IMG/VR virus record: IMGVR_UViG_3300027861_000031 | Location: 1 to 60,345 of that record | DNA length: 60,345 nucleotides | DNA from: a virus | Lineage: Duplodnaviria; Caudoviricetes | Strand: one strand, 5' to 3' | Part shown: positions 18,676 through 27,727 of the stretch, piece after piece | Layout: the number at the start of each line of letters is the position of its first letter | Numbering within the stretch: the first letter of the stretch is position 1 | Notes under the pieces: model-generated | The model's input: only the letters and a program-made list of their open reading frames with translations | Database searches by the model: none | Told to the model about the DNA's origin: nothing | Translations under genes and position numbers: made by a program

Positions 18676-18855
18676 ATGGCTAAAAATAACACTCTTCGCA
18701 ACGCAGGAAAAGCTTTCACAACAAATGAGGAAGCAATTCTTCTCAGTAGCGCAGGTCTTCTACCTGCAACCCAAATTGCTCTTAAGCTTGGTCGTACAGT
18801 AAAAGCTGTCCGTCGTAAAGCTGAAAAATTTGGACTACTTTTAACAGTTAAGTAA
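18676..18855 (+). CDS. 59-aa helix-turn-helix protein (not in ORF track)
   Basis: AAGGAG RBS; FTTNEEAIL...IALKLGRTVKAVRRKAEKFGL. Confidence 0.75.
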   Translation: MAKNNTLRNAGKAFTTNEEAILLSSAGLLPATQIALKLGRTVKAVRRKAEKFGLLLTVK

Positions 18856-18858
18856 CAA

Positions 18859-18922
18859 AGTGTGGATAGGACGCATTTCCACATTGGGTCGTCCGTGGTG
18901 ATAAGTGGGATTTAGGTCACCG
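18859..18922 (+). ncRNA. Structured intergenic RNA: H-type pseudoknot plus hairpin before the RNA ligase gene
   Basis: AGTGTGGA/TCCACATT stem; loop GGACG pairs with downstream CGTCC; GGTGA/TCACC hairpin. Confidence 0.45.
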
Positions 18923-18942
18923 TTATTAAAAAAGGAGAAAAC

Positions 18943-19956
18943 ATGGACTTTACAAGATATCAATCAATAGATAATTCTTACAGGCTTAAAACAATTGGCT
19001 ATATTCAGGAAGGACTTCCAGGCGCTACTTTTGTAGTTCAAGAGAAGATTCACGGCTCGAACTTCGGTGCTTTCACTGACGGTGAAGAAGTTAAGTTTGG
19101 CAAGATAGGTTCCTTTCTAAAAGAAGGCGATAGTTTCTATAACTATGAAGTTAACGTTGATATTGCAGAATACTCTCGTAAGATTAAAGAAATGTTTGAA
19201 TTTGCAAAGAGAGGGCATCCTCATATAAAACAATTAGAAATTCGTGGTGAAATTTGTGGCGGTTCATACCCTCATCCTGACGTTGAAAAAGTGGCTGGAG
19301 TTAGTAGGGTTCAAAGTGAAGTATTGTATAGCCCAAATATTCATGTTTTAGCGTTTGATATTAAAATTGATGGCGAGTTTGTAAATATGAATGTTTTTAC
19401 TACATTGTGTGAACAGTTTGATATTCCTTACTTACCACTTCTTTTTAAAGGTACTTTGGAAGAATGTCTAAACTATTCAAATGAATACCCACCACACCTA
19501 CCAGGACTTTTAGGATTACCTCCTATTGAAGATAATGTGTGTGAAGGTAACGTTATTAAACCACTAATAACTGCTAGATTTGATAACGGTAAGCGAGTTG
19601 TTGTTAAAAACAAAAACGCTAAATTCTCAGAGAAGTCTGGTCAAAAAGGTACTCCACAATCTAAAGACCCAGTTCCTCAACATGTTATGGATATGATGGA
19701 AAAGGGTAGCATATACGTGTGTGAGAATAGACTCAAAAACGTTTTATCTCACATCGGTGGGGTTCAGCAAAATGAGTTTGGTAAAATCCTAGGATTAATG
19801 TCTAAAGATGTTATTGAAGATTTTGTTAAAGATGAGCCAGAATTTCTAGAAATGGATAGGAAAGAGCGTAAAGAAGTAACTCGATTCTTAAACGGTAAGA
19901 TCGGCTTTCTAATTAGAGGTAACTTTTCCAATATCATTGATGGAACTTACTGTTGA
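18943..19956 (+). CDS. rnl2: RNA ligase, T4 Rnl2 family
   Basis: QEKIHGSNF (I), RGEICGG (III), AFDI (IIIa), CEGNVIKP (IV), KNKNAKFSE (V), NRLKNVLS in C-domain. Confidence 0.9.
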   Translation: MDFTRYQSIDNSYRLKTIGYIQEGLPGATFVVQEKIHGSNFGAFTDGEEVKFGKIGSFLKEGDSFYNYEVNVDIAEYSRKIKEMFEFAKRGHPHIKQLEIRGEICGGSYPHPDVEKVAGVSRVQSEVLYSPNIHVLAFDIKIDGEFVNMNVFTTLCEQFDIPYLPLLFKGTLEECLNYSNEYPPHLPGLLGLPPIEDNVCEGNVIKPLITARFDNGKRVVVKNKNAKFSEKSGQKGTPQSKDPVPQHVMDMMEKGSIYVCENRLKNVLSHIGGVQQNEFGKILGLMSKDVIEDFVKDEPEFLEMDRKERKEVTRFLNGKIGFLIRGNFSNIIDGTYC

Positions 19957-20165
19957 AAATTAAACTATACAGACATACCGTAAAAAAGACGGAATACTTA
20001 CATAAATCTAGCGGTCACAGTCCTAGGTATTACTATCACCAAACTAATTGGGATTCAATATCTACATACGTCCCAGGTCTAGACTATGAAATAGTACTGA
20101 CTGAGGAAAAAGAAATTGAGGTTGCAGAAAAATGCATCAGAAGAAAGAAAAATGAAAAAAGTTGA
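19953..20165 (+). CDS. Hypothetical protein
   Basis: Overlapping start. Confidence 0.5.
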   Translation: MKIKLYRHTVKKTEYLHKSSGHSPRYYYHQTNWDSISTYVPGLDYEIVLTEEKEIEVAEKCIRRKKNEKS

Positions 20166-20727
20166 ATGTAAAAACCCTAGAGTTACCGAATTAAAGAAAG
20201 GTGATACTAGGAGACATATCAACGCCACTAGCTTTAAAAAGATCATGAAAAACGGTTTAAAATACTGTGCTTGGTGCGGTGAAAATAGAGTGACAGGTAG
20301 AAGAAAATACTGCAATGACGCCTGTAGAGATAACTGCTATGCGTTTTGTATGCCTCAAAAAGAACACGGCTTAGAGTACCACCTTCAGTCTCAAGACTTC
20401 AAATGCGCTGACTGTGCCTTTGACTATAGACAGACGATGGATAAAATGGATGCAGCCTACAAAAAGAGAAATCTAGTAGGATGGAGTGAAAGTAAATTAG
20501 CCGCCAACCCTTGGTATTTTGGTAGACTTAAAAACCTAGTAGAAAAAGAGTTTGGTAGAAAGAAAAAGCCAGAGGTTGATCATATTGTACCAATAGCCTT
20601 AGGTGGAGACGTAGTTGGTTTCGATAACCATCAAGTCCTTTGCTATGAATGTCATAAAAACAAAACCAAGACCGATATAGGAGATATAGCCAAACATAGG
20701 CGAGAAAAAAATGAAGTCGAAGTTTAA
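20152..20727 (+). CDS. HNH endonuclease with zinc fingers
   Basis: EVDHIVPIALGG...NHQVLCYECHKNKT. Confidence 0.8.
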   Translation: MKKVECKNPRVTELKKGDTRRHINATSFKKIMKNGLKYCAWCGENRVTGRRKYCNDACRDNCYAFCMPQKEHGLEYHLQSQDFKCADCAFDYRQTMDKMDAAYKKRNLVGWSESKLAANPWYFGRLKNLVEKEFGRKKKPEVDHIVPIALGGDVVGFDNHQVLCYECHKNKTKTDIGDIAKHRREKNEVEV

Positions 20728-21001
20728 ATACGGTGATAAAGTCCTTGCCGGACACCATAAGGGTAAGGTTGTTTCGGTTCGCTTTGTGAACAGCACATAT
20801 CTTTGCGCCGTCAGATTTGATGACTTAAAACTAATCCCTCGAGAGATGGAGTATGAAGAGTTTTATTTAAAGTTTCAGCACGAGTGGGATGAGGTTTGCC
20901 CAAGCTGTGGCGATAGATGGAATATCTCTAAATTTAGAATGCATGTATGGAAAGACTGTCTTAAATGTAAAAAAACTCAAGAGGAGCTTGAAAATGGTTA
21001 G
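20711..21001 (+). CDS. Hypothetical protein, SH3-like region plus zinc ribbon
   Basis: KFKYGDKV; CPSC...CLKC. Confidence 0.55.
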   Translation: MKSKFKYGDKVLAGHHKGKVVSVRFVNSTYLCAVRFDDLKLIPREMEYEEFYLKFQHEWDEVCPSCGDRWNISKFRMHVWKDCLKCKKTQEELENG

Positions 21002-21239
21002 ACAAAGATTAGTTGATCAGTGGCTACAAATGCAAGGCTGTCATACAGATATGGATGATGATATTATGTATACCGACAGTGAAGGTAAGCAAAAAATTAT
21101 CGGTCACTTAAACGGATACGAAATCACAAATAACAGTGACGGCTCCACCGATCTTCATGTTGACATCACAGCTCACCACAAGATTGAATTTCTAAATATT
21201 AAATGCGTTATAAGTAGAAATGGTGTGGAGGTTGAATGA
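20994..21239 (+). CDS. Hypothetical protein
   Basis: GAGGAG RBS before ATG 20994. Confidence 0.55.
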   Translation: MVRQRLVDQWLQMQGCHTDMDDDIMYTDSEGKQKIIGHLNGYEITNNSDGSTDLHVDITAHHKIEFLNIKCVISRNGVEVE

Positions 21240-21565
21240 AAGAACCTCAAATTTATATAACAGACTGGAATCACTTTTATAAGTATTGTGACAAGAAGGC
21301 TAAGACTGCTGACTGTCGTATTAATAATAAAGGCTGGGGCAAGCTCAGAGAATATCACTTAGAAAACTATCTCAAAAGAGTGCAAAACCCTTACGGTTTT
21401 TTATTTAATATTAAGTTCAACTATAAATATTTATACAATAAAAACCAATGCTTATCTAAGTTTTTCCATAAATATTCAAGAATACGAAAAAAATCGTTTG
21501 ACTCCATAGGTAAATCTGTGGTAGAATTTCCATCATGGAAAGGTTTCTTAAGGAGGAACGATTGA
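21236..21565 (+). CDS. Hypothetical protein
   Basis: GGAGG RBS. Confidence 0.5.
   Translation: MKEPQIYITDWNHFYKYCDKKAKTADCRINNKGWGKLREYHLENYLKRVQNPYGFLFNIKFNYKYLYNKNQCLSKFFHKYSRIRKKSFDSIGKSVVEFPSWKGFLRRND
21498..21527 (+). promoter_or_regulatory. Promoter TTGACT-N18-TAGAAT with TGTGG extension
   Basis: Upstream of the CCA-enzyme RBS. Confidence 0.5.
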
Positions 21566-22182
21566 ATTCTAAACTACAACATATATTCTACCTACTAGGT
21601 CTCCACTCTCCCAACAACTACTTGGTTGGCGGCTGCGTTAGAGACGGATTTTTAGGCGGCGATATTAAAGATTACGATATCGTTACAGACGTTCCTATGG
21701 ATGTGTCTAGAAAAACGCTTGAAGACTACGGTTGGAAGGTTAAAGAGTGTGGAGAGGCTTTTTTAGTTCTTAACGTTAGTAAGGATGGAGAGCAGTATGA
21801 AATCGCTAACTTTCGTAAGGAAGGTGTTTACCTGGACGGTAGAAGACCTGCCAACGTTGAGATCGGAACTATCGAAGAAGACGCTCAAAGAAGAGACTTT
21901 ACAATCAACGCCTTATATGAAAACCCTGTAACTGGTCAAATCTTGGACCCTACAGGCAAAGGCTTGTCTGACATTAAAAATAGAGTACTTAGATTCATCG
22001 GTAAACCTAAAGAACGTATTAAAGAAGACTACTTAAGAGTTTTTAGATTTTATCGATTTTTAGCTTGCAAAGAACTAGTCTCTGACGTAAAATCAATGAA
22101 AGCATGTAGGCAGTACTTTAATGAAGCTTACGAAAACACAACGCCTGAACGAGTTAGGCTAGAAATGGAAAGGATGATATGA
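21562..22182 (+). CDS. cca: Short class II tRNA nucleotidyltransferase (CCA-adding type)
   Basis: VGGCVRD, DYDIVT, RRDFTINA, EDYLR, ERVRLE; AGGAGG before TTG 21562. Confidence 0.85.
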   Translation: MNSKLQHIFYLLGLHSPNNYLVGGCVRDGFLGGDIKDYDIVTDVPMDVSRKTLEDYGWKVKECGEAFLVLNVSKDGEQYEIANFRKEGVYLDGRRPANVEIGTIEEDAQRRDFTINALYENPVTGQILDPTGKGLSDIKNRVLRFIGKPKERIKEDYLRVFRFYRFLACKELVSDVKSMKACRQYFNEAYENTTPERVRLEMERMI

Positions 22183-22403
22183 GAAAGTATTTTACAAACA
22201 AAGGTTACCCTTTAACTTTAAATGATCTAGATGGCTGTAGGAGTCATTTAATCGAGATTGAAGAATTAGATATTGATGATATGGAAGTAAAAGTATCAGA
22301 CGTATCCAACGCCGTTAATCACGCTAGTCACTCTGATAAGTTGATATTTGAAGATGGGCTTCGTAAGGGTTTTTACTTACCTTATATTGAAAAGGGATAT
22401 TAA
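22179..22403 (+). CDS. Hypothetical protein
   Basis: ATGA overlap. Confidence 0.55.
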   Translation: MRKYFTNKGYPLTLNDLDGCRSHLIEIEELDIDDMEVKVSDVSNAVNHASHSDKLIFEDGLRKGFYLPYIEKGY

Positions 22404-23464
22404 TGGAATTCACAGTAGCAAATTTAGTTAAATGGTTCCAGCTTAAACACTCTAAGATTGTTAAGGCTATGATAGAGTCTAATCATCACTACGATGCAGA
22501 ATTTCTATTAAATCCTTATCATCTGGAAGGTGACGTATGGACTCATACTATGATGGTTGTATTAGAAGCTTCTAAACTAAAAAAGAAGCTGGATGGAAAT
22601 ATGTATAATCATGTTTTAGTATCAGCCTTACTTCACGATATTGGAAAACCCTTAGCTCGTAAGGTAAGTAAAGAGAAGAAGCGTGTGCATTTCTGGGGTC
22701 ATGAGCCGATCTCTGCCTTTCTTTGTATATCTATCTTAAAAGATATTGAGAAAGAGTTTAATATAAAATTAAACCATAGACTTATTATAGAAGCTATCGC
22801 AATGCATACGGATGTTTACAACGTTCCTAGAGAAAAACTGGCAGATAGGCTTATTAAAAACCAACCGTTAGCAGACCTATTAAGCTACTTATCTTCCGCA
22901 GACTACGCTGGGCGTTTTTTTGAAATGGGTGAAAGAGATATGGAACATATTGAAGTAAAACCTTCAAGTGGACTGTACGCACCAAAAGAAACCAAAGAAG
23001 TTGTTTGTATGATCGGATTACCTTGCTCTGGTAAAAGTACAGTTCTTAAGGATATGAAGGAGCAGCATGAAGGTTATGTTGTATTATCTCGAGACGATAT
23101 TGTAATGGAGCTTGGTCGCAGAACGTCTTTCAACCTTTCATACAATGAAGCGTTCAAATTAGTTGATCAGAAAGAAGTTGATAAAATGTTCCAAGGTCGT
23201 CGTAGTACTTATATTAAATTAGGATTAAACGTCATAATAGATATGACAAATATGGGGCGTAAGGCTCGTAGAAGGAATATGCAGGGCTTTAAAGACTATT
23301 ATAAGACAGCCCATGTATGTATGACTGACCTCGCCACGATTCGCCATAGAAACGAACACAGAGCCGGTAAGGTACTCCCTCAGCGTGTGTTTGAAAATAT
23401 GACTAATAGTTTCCAGCCGCCTTTGTATGATGAGTTTGATCATATTGATTGGACGATCACTTGA
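22403..23464 (+). CDS. HD phosphoesterase fused to P-loop kinase (HD-Pnk-like end-healing enzyme)
   Basis: HLEGDVWTHT, LLHDIGKP, GHE, DYAGR; GLPCSGKST, SRDD, IIDMTN. Confidence 0.85.
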   Translation: MEFTVANLVKWFQLKHSKIVKAMIESNHHYDAEFLLNPYHLEGDVWTHTMMVVLEASKLKKKLDGNMYNHVLVSALLHDIGKPLARKVSKEKKRVHFWGHEPISAFLCISILKDIEKEFNIKLNHRLIIEAIAMHTDVYNVPREKLADRLIKNQPLADLLSYLSSADYAGRFFEMGERDMEHIEVKPSSGLYAPKETKEVVCMIGLPCSGKSTVLKDMKEQHEGYVVLSRDDIVMELGRRTSFNLSYNEAFKLVDQKEVDKMFQGRRSTYIKLGLNVIIDMTNMGRKARRRNMQGFKDYYKTAHVCMTDLATIRHRNEHRAGKVLPQRVFENMTNSFQPPLYDEFDHIDWTIT

Positions 23465-23883
23465 AACAGTTTGAAGTAAACAATTTAGTAGACGCTACAA
23501 GCCTATGTCGGGATTTTGACGTAGATATTTTGTTTACTTATTCTGATGAGGGTTCTGAGGTTGACGTTAAGAAGAGAGAAATAATTATAGATTTAGAGGG
23601 CGTCAATTCTTTAAATCTATTTTGGAGCTTAGTGTTTCATGAGCTATGTCATATTAAATGCTATGATGAAGATAAGTACTCGATATTTCATAAAAACACG
23701 CTTCCAAAAAAAGAGATGTATCAATATATGTTAAAAAATGGCTTGCGTATTGAGCGTTTTGTTGATAAAATGGCAGCTAAGATGATGAAGCAATACCTTC
23801 CTCGTCGAACCTATAAGTACTCTTATATAGATCAGGTTGATATTGACTACTTCTATAATTGGGTTAAGGAAGGATATGAATAA
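23449..23883 (+). CDS. HExxH metallopeptidase-like protein
   Basis: VFHELCH...ERFVD. Confidence 0.5.
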   Translation: MDDHLKQFEVNNLVDATSLCRDFDVDILFTYSDEGSEVDVKKREIIIDLEGVNSLNLFWSLVFHELCHIKCYDEDKYSIFHKNTLPKKEMYQYMLKNGLRIERFVDKMAAKMMKQYLPRRTYKYSYIDQVDIDYFYNWVKEGYE

Positions 23884-24940
23884 GGATTGTAAAAAATTTA
23901 TTGATGAATTTCATGAGCTACACCCTGGTAGAGAGATTATCTTTCTTATCAAAGCCGGCTCTCACTTCTTTGACTTAGCCTCTCCAACGTCTGATACAGA
24001 CTATAGAGGAATCTATATGCCTTCATTAGAAGAGTTTTATAACGGCGAATCCAAGCGTAAGTTCTTTGAAAGAAAAACGTTAGCTGGAAACAAGACCGGC
24101 GTTAAAAATACTAAAGAAGATACAGATATGTATTTATTTTCATACACTTTTTTCTTAGACCTTTTAAAGCGTGGCGACTTTAACTGTATGGAAATGCTTC
24201 ACGCTCCTGACGATAAGATACTAATTAACTCTGAAGAGATGCAATATCTATCTATTATTAGGAAAACTTTGCTAGTAAATGATATCTCAGCCTTTCTAGG
24301 TTTTATTAAAAGAGAGTATCGTCGATACGGCGTTAATATAAATCACTATAAAATACAAAAAGAGTTTGCAGACTTTCTAAGACCCTACCTACCTCACACA
24401 AAGTTAGAGGATATCTGGTCTGAAATTAAGGAGTATGCGAAAGACGACCCTCAAATTGTTTTCACAACATCCTTAACAGGAAATAACAATAGAGTTCCAA
24501 CGTTGAAGATTGCACAGAGAATGTACCAAAACACTGTTAAGGTTGATTATGTTGTAAAAGGTATCGACTCTAGACTGAAAAAGTATGGTCACAGGCAAAA
24601 GAATATGGCTAAGGCTGGCGTGGAGTTTAAGGGACTTTATCACGCATTAAGATTAATATATGAAGCAAATGATCTCTATGATCACGGTGAGCTTAAGTTT
24701 CCTTTCGACAAGAAACGTCATAAGGTATTGAAATCTATTAAGGATGGAACTGCTAAGAAAAACTATATTTTTAAGTTGATTGACTCTGAGATTGATAAGC
24801 TGTATGATCGTGAAAAAGAAACAATTACCAATAGACCTTCTATTGAGTATAGAGTTAATAAGCTTTTATTCAATATAGAAGGTAAGGCAAAAATTAAGTA
24901 TTTAACGGAGGGTCAGGATGACAGAGCCAAAATTTCCTGA
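23876..24940 (+). CDS. Pol-beta superfamily nucleotidyltransferase (RlaP/NrdC.11-like)
   Basis: GSHFFDLASPTSDTDYRGIY; KGLYHALRL. Confidence 0.8.
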   Translation: MNKDCKKFIDEFHELHPGREIIFLIKAGSHFFDLASPTSDTDYRGIYMPSLEEFYNGESKRKFFERKTLAGNKTGVKNTKEDTDMYLFSYTFFLDLLKRGDFNCMEMLHAPDDKILINSEEMQYLSIIRKTLLVNDISAFLGFIKREYRRYGVNINHYKIQKEFADFLRPYLPHTKLEDIWSEIKEYAKDDPQIVFTTSLTGNNNRVPTLKIAQRMYQNTVKVDYVVKGIDSRLKKYGHRQKNMAKAGVEFKGLYHALRLIYEANDLYDHGELKFPFDKKRHKVLKSIKDGTAKKNYIFKLIDSEIDKLYDREKETITNRPSIEYRVNKLLFNIEGKAKIKYLTEGQDDRAKIS

Positions 24941-25145
24941 AGGCGTTGATAACGCTATTTTTTCATTAGGACCAGGGCAATATATTGCAAAAACTACAGA
25001 CGAAGGTTTGCAGATTAAAAAAGTTCACGGAAATGGTTGGACAATGCCAGTCCATAGCTTGTTTGAAAAAGTTTTATACTTATTTACAGGTAGACTTAAA
25101 GGTGTTAAGGTTATTAATCAGGAGGTAAAGCGTGAAAAAGTATGA
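24918..25145 (+). CDS. Hypothetical protein
   Basis: GGAGG RBS. Confidence 0.55.
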   Translation: MTEPKFPEGVDNAIFSLGPGQYIAKTTDEGLQIKKVHGNGWTMPVHSLFEKVLYLFTGRLKGVKVINQEVKREKV

Positions 25146-26226
25146 GCCGGATTTTAAACAATTAGACAAGCTAACTAAAGAAGGGTTTATTAGAAAAGTA
25201 ATATCTCCTTGCGGTAGGTTATTTTTGTATAACTATACTGATAAATGTACTTACGAGAAGAAGTGGAATAAACACACTTTAAACGCTCGTGGAACTGTCT
25301 ATGAGGTGGAAACAGGCAATGTTGTTGCAATGGCTTTCCCTAAGTTTTTTAACTTTGGAGAGCTGTCTGTATCACAGCAAAGAAATCTTTTAAAACAAAC
25401 TGATTTTCAATCTTTTGAAAAATTTGACGGTTCTTTTGGTTTAGTTTTTAATTATAAAGGCGAATGGATGTGTACAACTCGTGGCTCATTCACGTCAGAT
25501 CAAGCCTTAAAAGCTGCTCAGATGCTTAAAGAAAAATACAACGGCTTGAAACAAGTACCTGAATGGCTTAATTTAAGAGTAGAAATTATCTATCCTGAAA
25601 ATAGGATAATTGTAGATTATGGTGATCGTGAAGCGTTAGTGTTACTGTCTGTTTATGATCTAGGAACGAATTCTGAAATATCATTGGGTAATTCATACTT
25701 GTTTTCTAATATGGAAAACTGTCGAAAGCACGTATTTGGAACTATCGATCAACTTATTGAAGCTCAATCAAAGCTAGGTAAGATGGAAGAGGGTTTTGTA
25801 GTCCGTTTTGCAAATGGTTTTAGGTGTAAATTTAAATCAGCAGCCTACCTAAAGATTGCTAGGATTATTTCAAACATGACACCTTTAGCTTTTTGGAAGG
25901 CTATGACTAATGGTAAAGTTAGTCCAAGCGTGCTTGAAGAGATTCCAGAAGAGTTTAGAGAAGCGTCTGATAAGATTCAAAGCGGTCTAAGGCTAGCTTA
26001 TTTTAAAGTTTCTAATGAAATACAGGAAGATTATCACTACGCCGTAGAGTCTATTGGCGGTATTAATAGTATTGAAGAAAGCAGAAAAGACTTGGGTATT
26101 TTCATCCAACTTCATGGAAAAGAGATGAAACATCCTGGCGCTATCTTCCCTAAGCTGCTGAATAAAGGTTTAGAAAAATATATTATGAAAGAAATTAGAC
26201 CGAAAGGTAATGAAATTGTGGTATAA
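25132..26226 (+). CDS. RNA ligase, T4 Rnl1 family
   Basis: LYNY, ARG, FPKFFNFGE, EKFDGS (I), TRGSF, EGFVV (IV), KFKS (V). Confidence 0.9.
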   Translation: MKKYEPDFKQLDKLTKEGFIRKVISPCGRLFLYNYTDKCTYEKKWNKHTLNARGTVYEVETGNVVAMAFPKFFNFGELSVSQQRNLLKQTDFQSFEKFDGSFGLVFNYKGEWMCTTRGSFTSDQALKAAQMLKEKYNGLKQVPEWLNLRVEIIYPENRIIVDYGDREALVLLSVYDLGTNSEISLGNSYLFSNMENCRKHVFGTIDQLIEAQSKLGKMEEGFVVRFANGFRCKFKSAAYLKIARIISNMTPLAFWKAMTNGKVSPSVLEEIPEEFREASDKIQSGLRLAYFKVSNEIQEDYHYAVESIGGINSIEESRKDLGIFIQLHGKEMKHPGAIFPKLLNKGLEKYIMKEIRPKGNEIVV

Positions 26227-26227
26227 T
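26217..26227 (+). promoter_or_regulatory. Extended -10 promoter overlapping the Rnl1 stop
   Basis: TGTGGTATAAT, 5 nt before the RNA start. Confidence 0.65.
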
Positions 26228-26232
26228 ATAAT

Positions 26233-26322
26233 AGGGCTGTAGCTCAGTAGGAGAGCTGGGAGAGTTGCTATCAGCTGTAGACTTAGTCCTGTGCGGTGGT
26301 GCAAATCCACCCAGCCCTACCA
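26233..26322 (+). ncRNA. 90-nt tRNA-like RNA with CCA end and an extended non-canonical anticodon arm
   Basis: AGGGCTG/CAGCCCT+ACCA; D-arm GCTC-AGTAGGA-GAGC; T-arm GGTGG-TGCAAAT-CCACC; 38-nt centre without a normal anticodon stem-loop. Confidence 0.75.
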
Positions 26323-26338
26323 AATAAGGAGAATTTTT

Positions 26339-26695
26339 ATGCATAATCAATATGACGGTCAATGTTATTTTTCACTTCCAAAAGATTTTTTTGACAAATT
26401 GCCTAAATCTTTACAAAAAAGTTTATCAGAACATATTTCTAGATATAGTATTTTAAGTACATTTCCATTAAACCCTCTCCCACACTTTCAACAAATACCT
26501 GGCGGTCAGGATGTGATGAAGCAAGGGTGTCTTCTACTTTTAGACAAGGCTGACTATCATGTTATTAGCGGCGTTGGTAGGTCTTTTGCTGAATCTACCG
26601 GCGCTAAAGCACAGGCTGAAAAACTTCAAAAAGACTCTGATGAACTCAAAAAGGTTCAATCATCTATGTCTCACTTGAAAGAATTTATAAAATGA
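26339..26695 (+). CDS. Hypothetical protein
   Basis: AAGGAG RBS before ATG 26339. Confidence 0.6.
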   Translation: MHNQYDGQCYFSLPKDFFDKLPKSLQKSLSEHISRYSILSTFPLNPLPHFQQIPGGQDVMKQGCLLLLDKADYHVISGVGRSFAESTGAKAQAEKLQKDSDELKKVQSSMSHLKEFIK

Positions 26696-26880
26696 TTCCA
26701 GAAAATAAGGTGAATAAAAATAGAAAAAGAGAACTTTGGGTTAAACCTGACGGTTCTATATATAGAGTTTATTGGGCTATCAATGCTGAGTTTGGATTAT
26801 GTTACTCACCTGATTCCGACTATTGTAGTGGGGAATTTTCCAAACATCAACTTGTAGAGTGGGGATATATTAAAAGGTAA
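26692..26880 (+). CDS. Hypothetical protein
   Basis: ATGA overlap. Confidence 0.5.
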   Translation: MIPENKVNKNRKRELWVKPDGSIYRVYWAINAEFGLCYSPDSDYCSGEFSKHQLVEWGYIKR

Positions 26881-26886
26881 TTTACC

Positions 26887-27708
26887 ATGATCATATTAAC
26901 CGACATTCACGGAAACTTTGATACAATGATGGCTCTTCTTGATATGATTCCTCAAGAAGAAAAAGATAAGGGTATTGTTATATGCGGCGATCTGATAGAT
27001 CGTGGACCAAAATCTATGCAGATTGTAGATTGGTGTATTGAAAATAAAATCCAAGTAGTTAAAGGCAATCATGAAGCTTTTATGATTGATGAGGTAGACT
27101 TGGTTATAAACTTTATTAAAAGAGCAGGACTTATCCCTAGAGGTAACGCCGGCTCTTTATGGACCGTTCATGGAGGTTATGAGACGCTTGAATCATACGA
27201 AACATATGATGATGAAGCTGTAGACGATAGAGGCGTTCCGATTCGCTTGTTCGACTTTGAAAAACTTAAAAAACATGCCGAGTGGATGGAGAAGCTTCCG
27301 TTATTTTTAGAGTTTCCTAATCTTAAAAATGAAGATGGAAGATATTTAGTATTATCACACTCTAATATTGGAAATGTTTGGAAGATGAGAGACTGCCCTA
27401 AAGAGATTGAATTTGACGTTCTTTGGGGTCGCCCTCGTAAAATTGACGACGTACCTGAAATCTATAACGTTATAGGTCACACCCCACAAGACTACGGTCC
27501 TAGGATACGTAAAACCTATGCTAATATTGATACTGGGTGCTACTATACTAAAGATAATACTAACGGCATGTTAACCGCATTACAATTTCCAGAAATGGTT
27601 ATATACGAGCATGAAAATATCGATTCTAAGGTTGGTCACGTACCTAGAAAAGGTGTTAGAACTGTTAAAGAGATTAAGCATCGAAAGAAACTACGTAAGG
27701 TGAAATAA
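26887..27708 (+). CDS. PPP-family metallophosphoesterase (Ser/Thr phosphatase-like)
   Basis: DIHG, GDLIDRG, GNHE, GHTP, IDTG. Confidence 0.9.
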   Translation: MIILTDIHGNFDTMMALLDMIPQEEKDKGIVICGDLIDRGPKSMQIVDWCIENKIQVVKGNHEAFMIDEVDLVINFIKRAGLIPRGNAGSLWTVHGGYETLESYETYDDEAVDDRGVPIRLFDFEKLKKHAEWMEKLPLFLEFPNLKNEDGRYLVLSHSNIGNVWKMRDCPKEIEFDVLWGRPRKIDDVPEIYNVIGHTPQDYGPRIRKTYANIDTGCYYTKDNTNGMLTALQFPEMVIYEHENIDSKVGHVPRKGVRTVKEIKHRKKLRKVK

Positions 27709-27712
27709 AAGT

Positions 27713-27723
27713 TGTGGTATTAT
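27713..27723 (+). promoter_or_regulatory. Extended -10 promoter for tRNA-His
   Basis: TGTGGTATTAT directly upstream of the tRNA. Confidence 0.65.
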
Positions 27724-27727
27724 ATTA

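Noticed and set aside
18651-18884. Minus-strand 77-aa ORF and other antisense ORFs inside long genes
   Set aside because: These are shadows of better-supported genes on the opposite strand and carry no recognisable motifs.
26257-26294. Assigning the 90-nt RNA as tRNA-Ser(GCT) or tRNA-Tyr(GTA)
   Set aside because: The candidate loops TTGCTAT and CTGTAGA lack a proper 5-bp stem at the correct distance from the D-arm.
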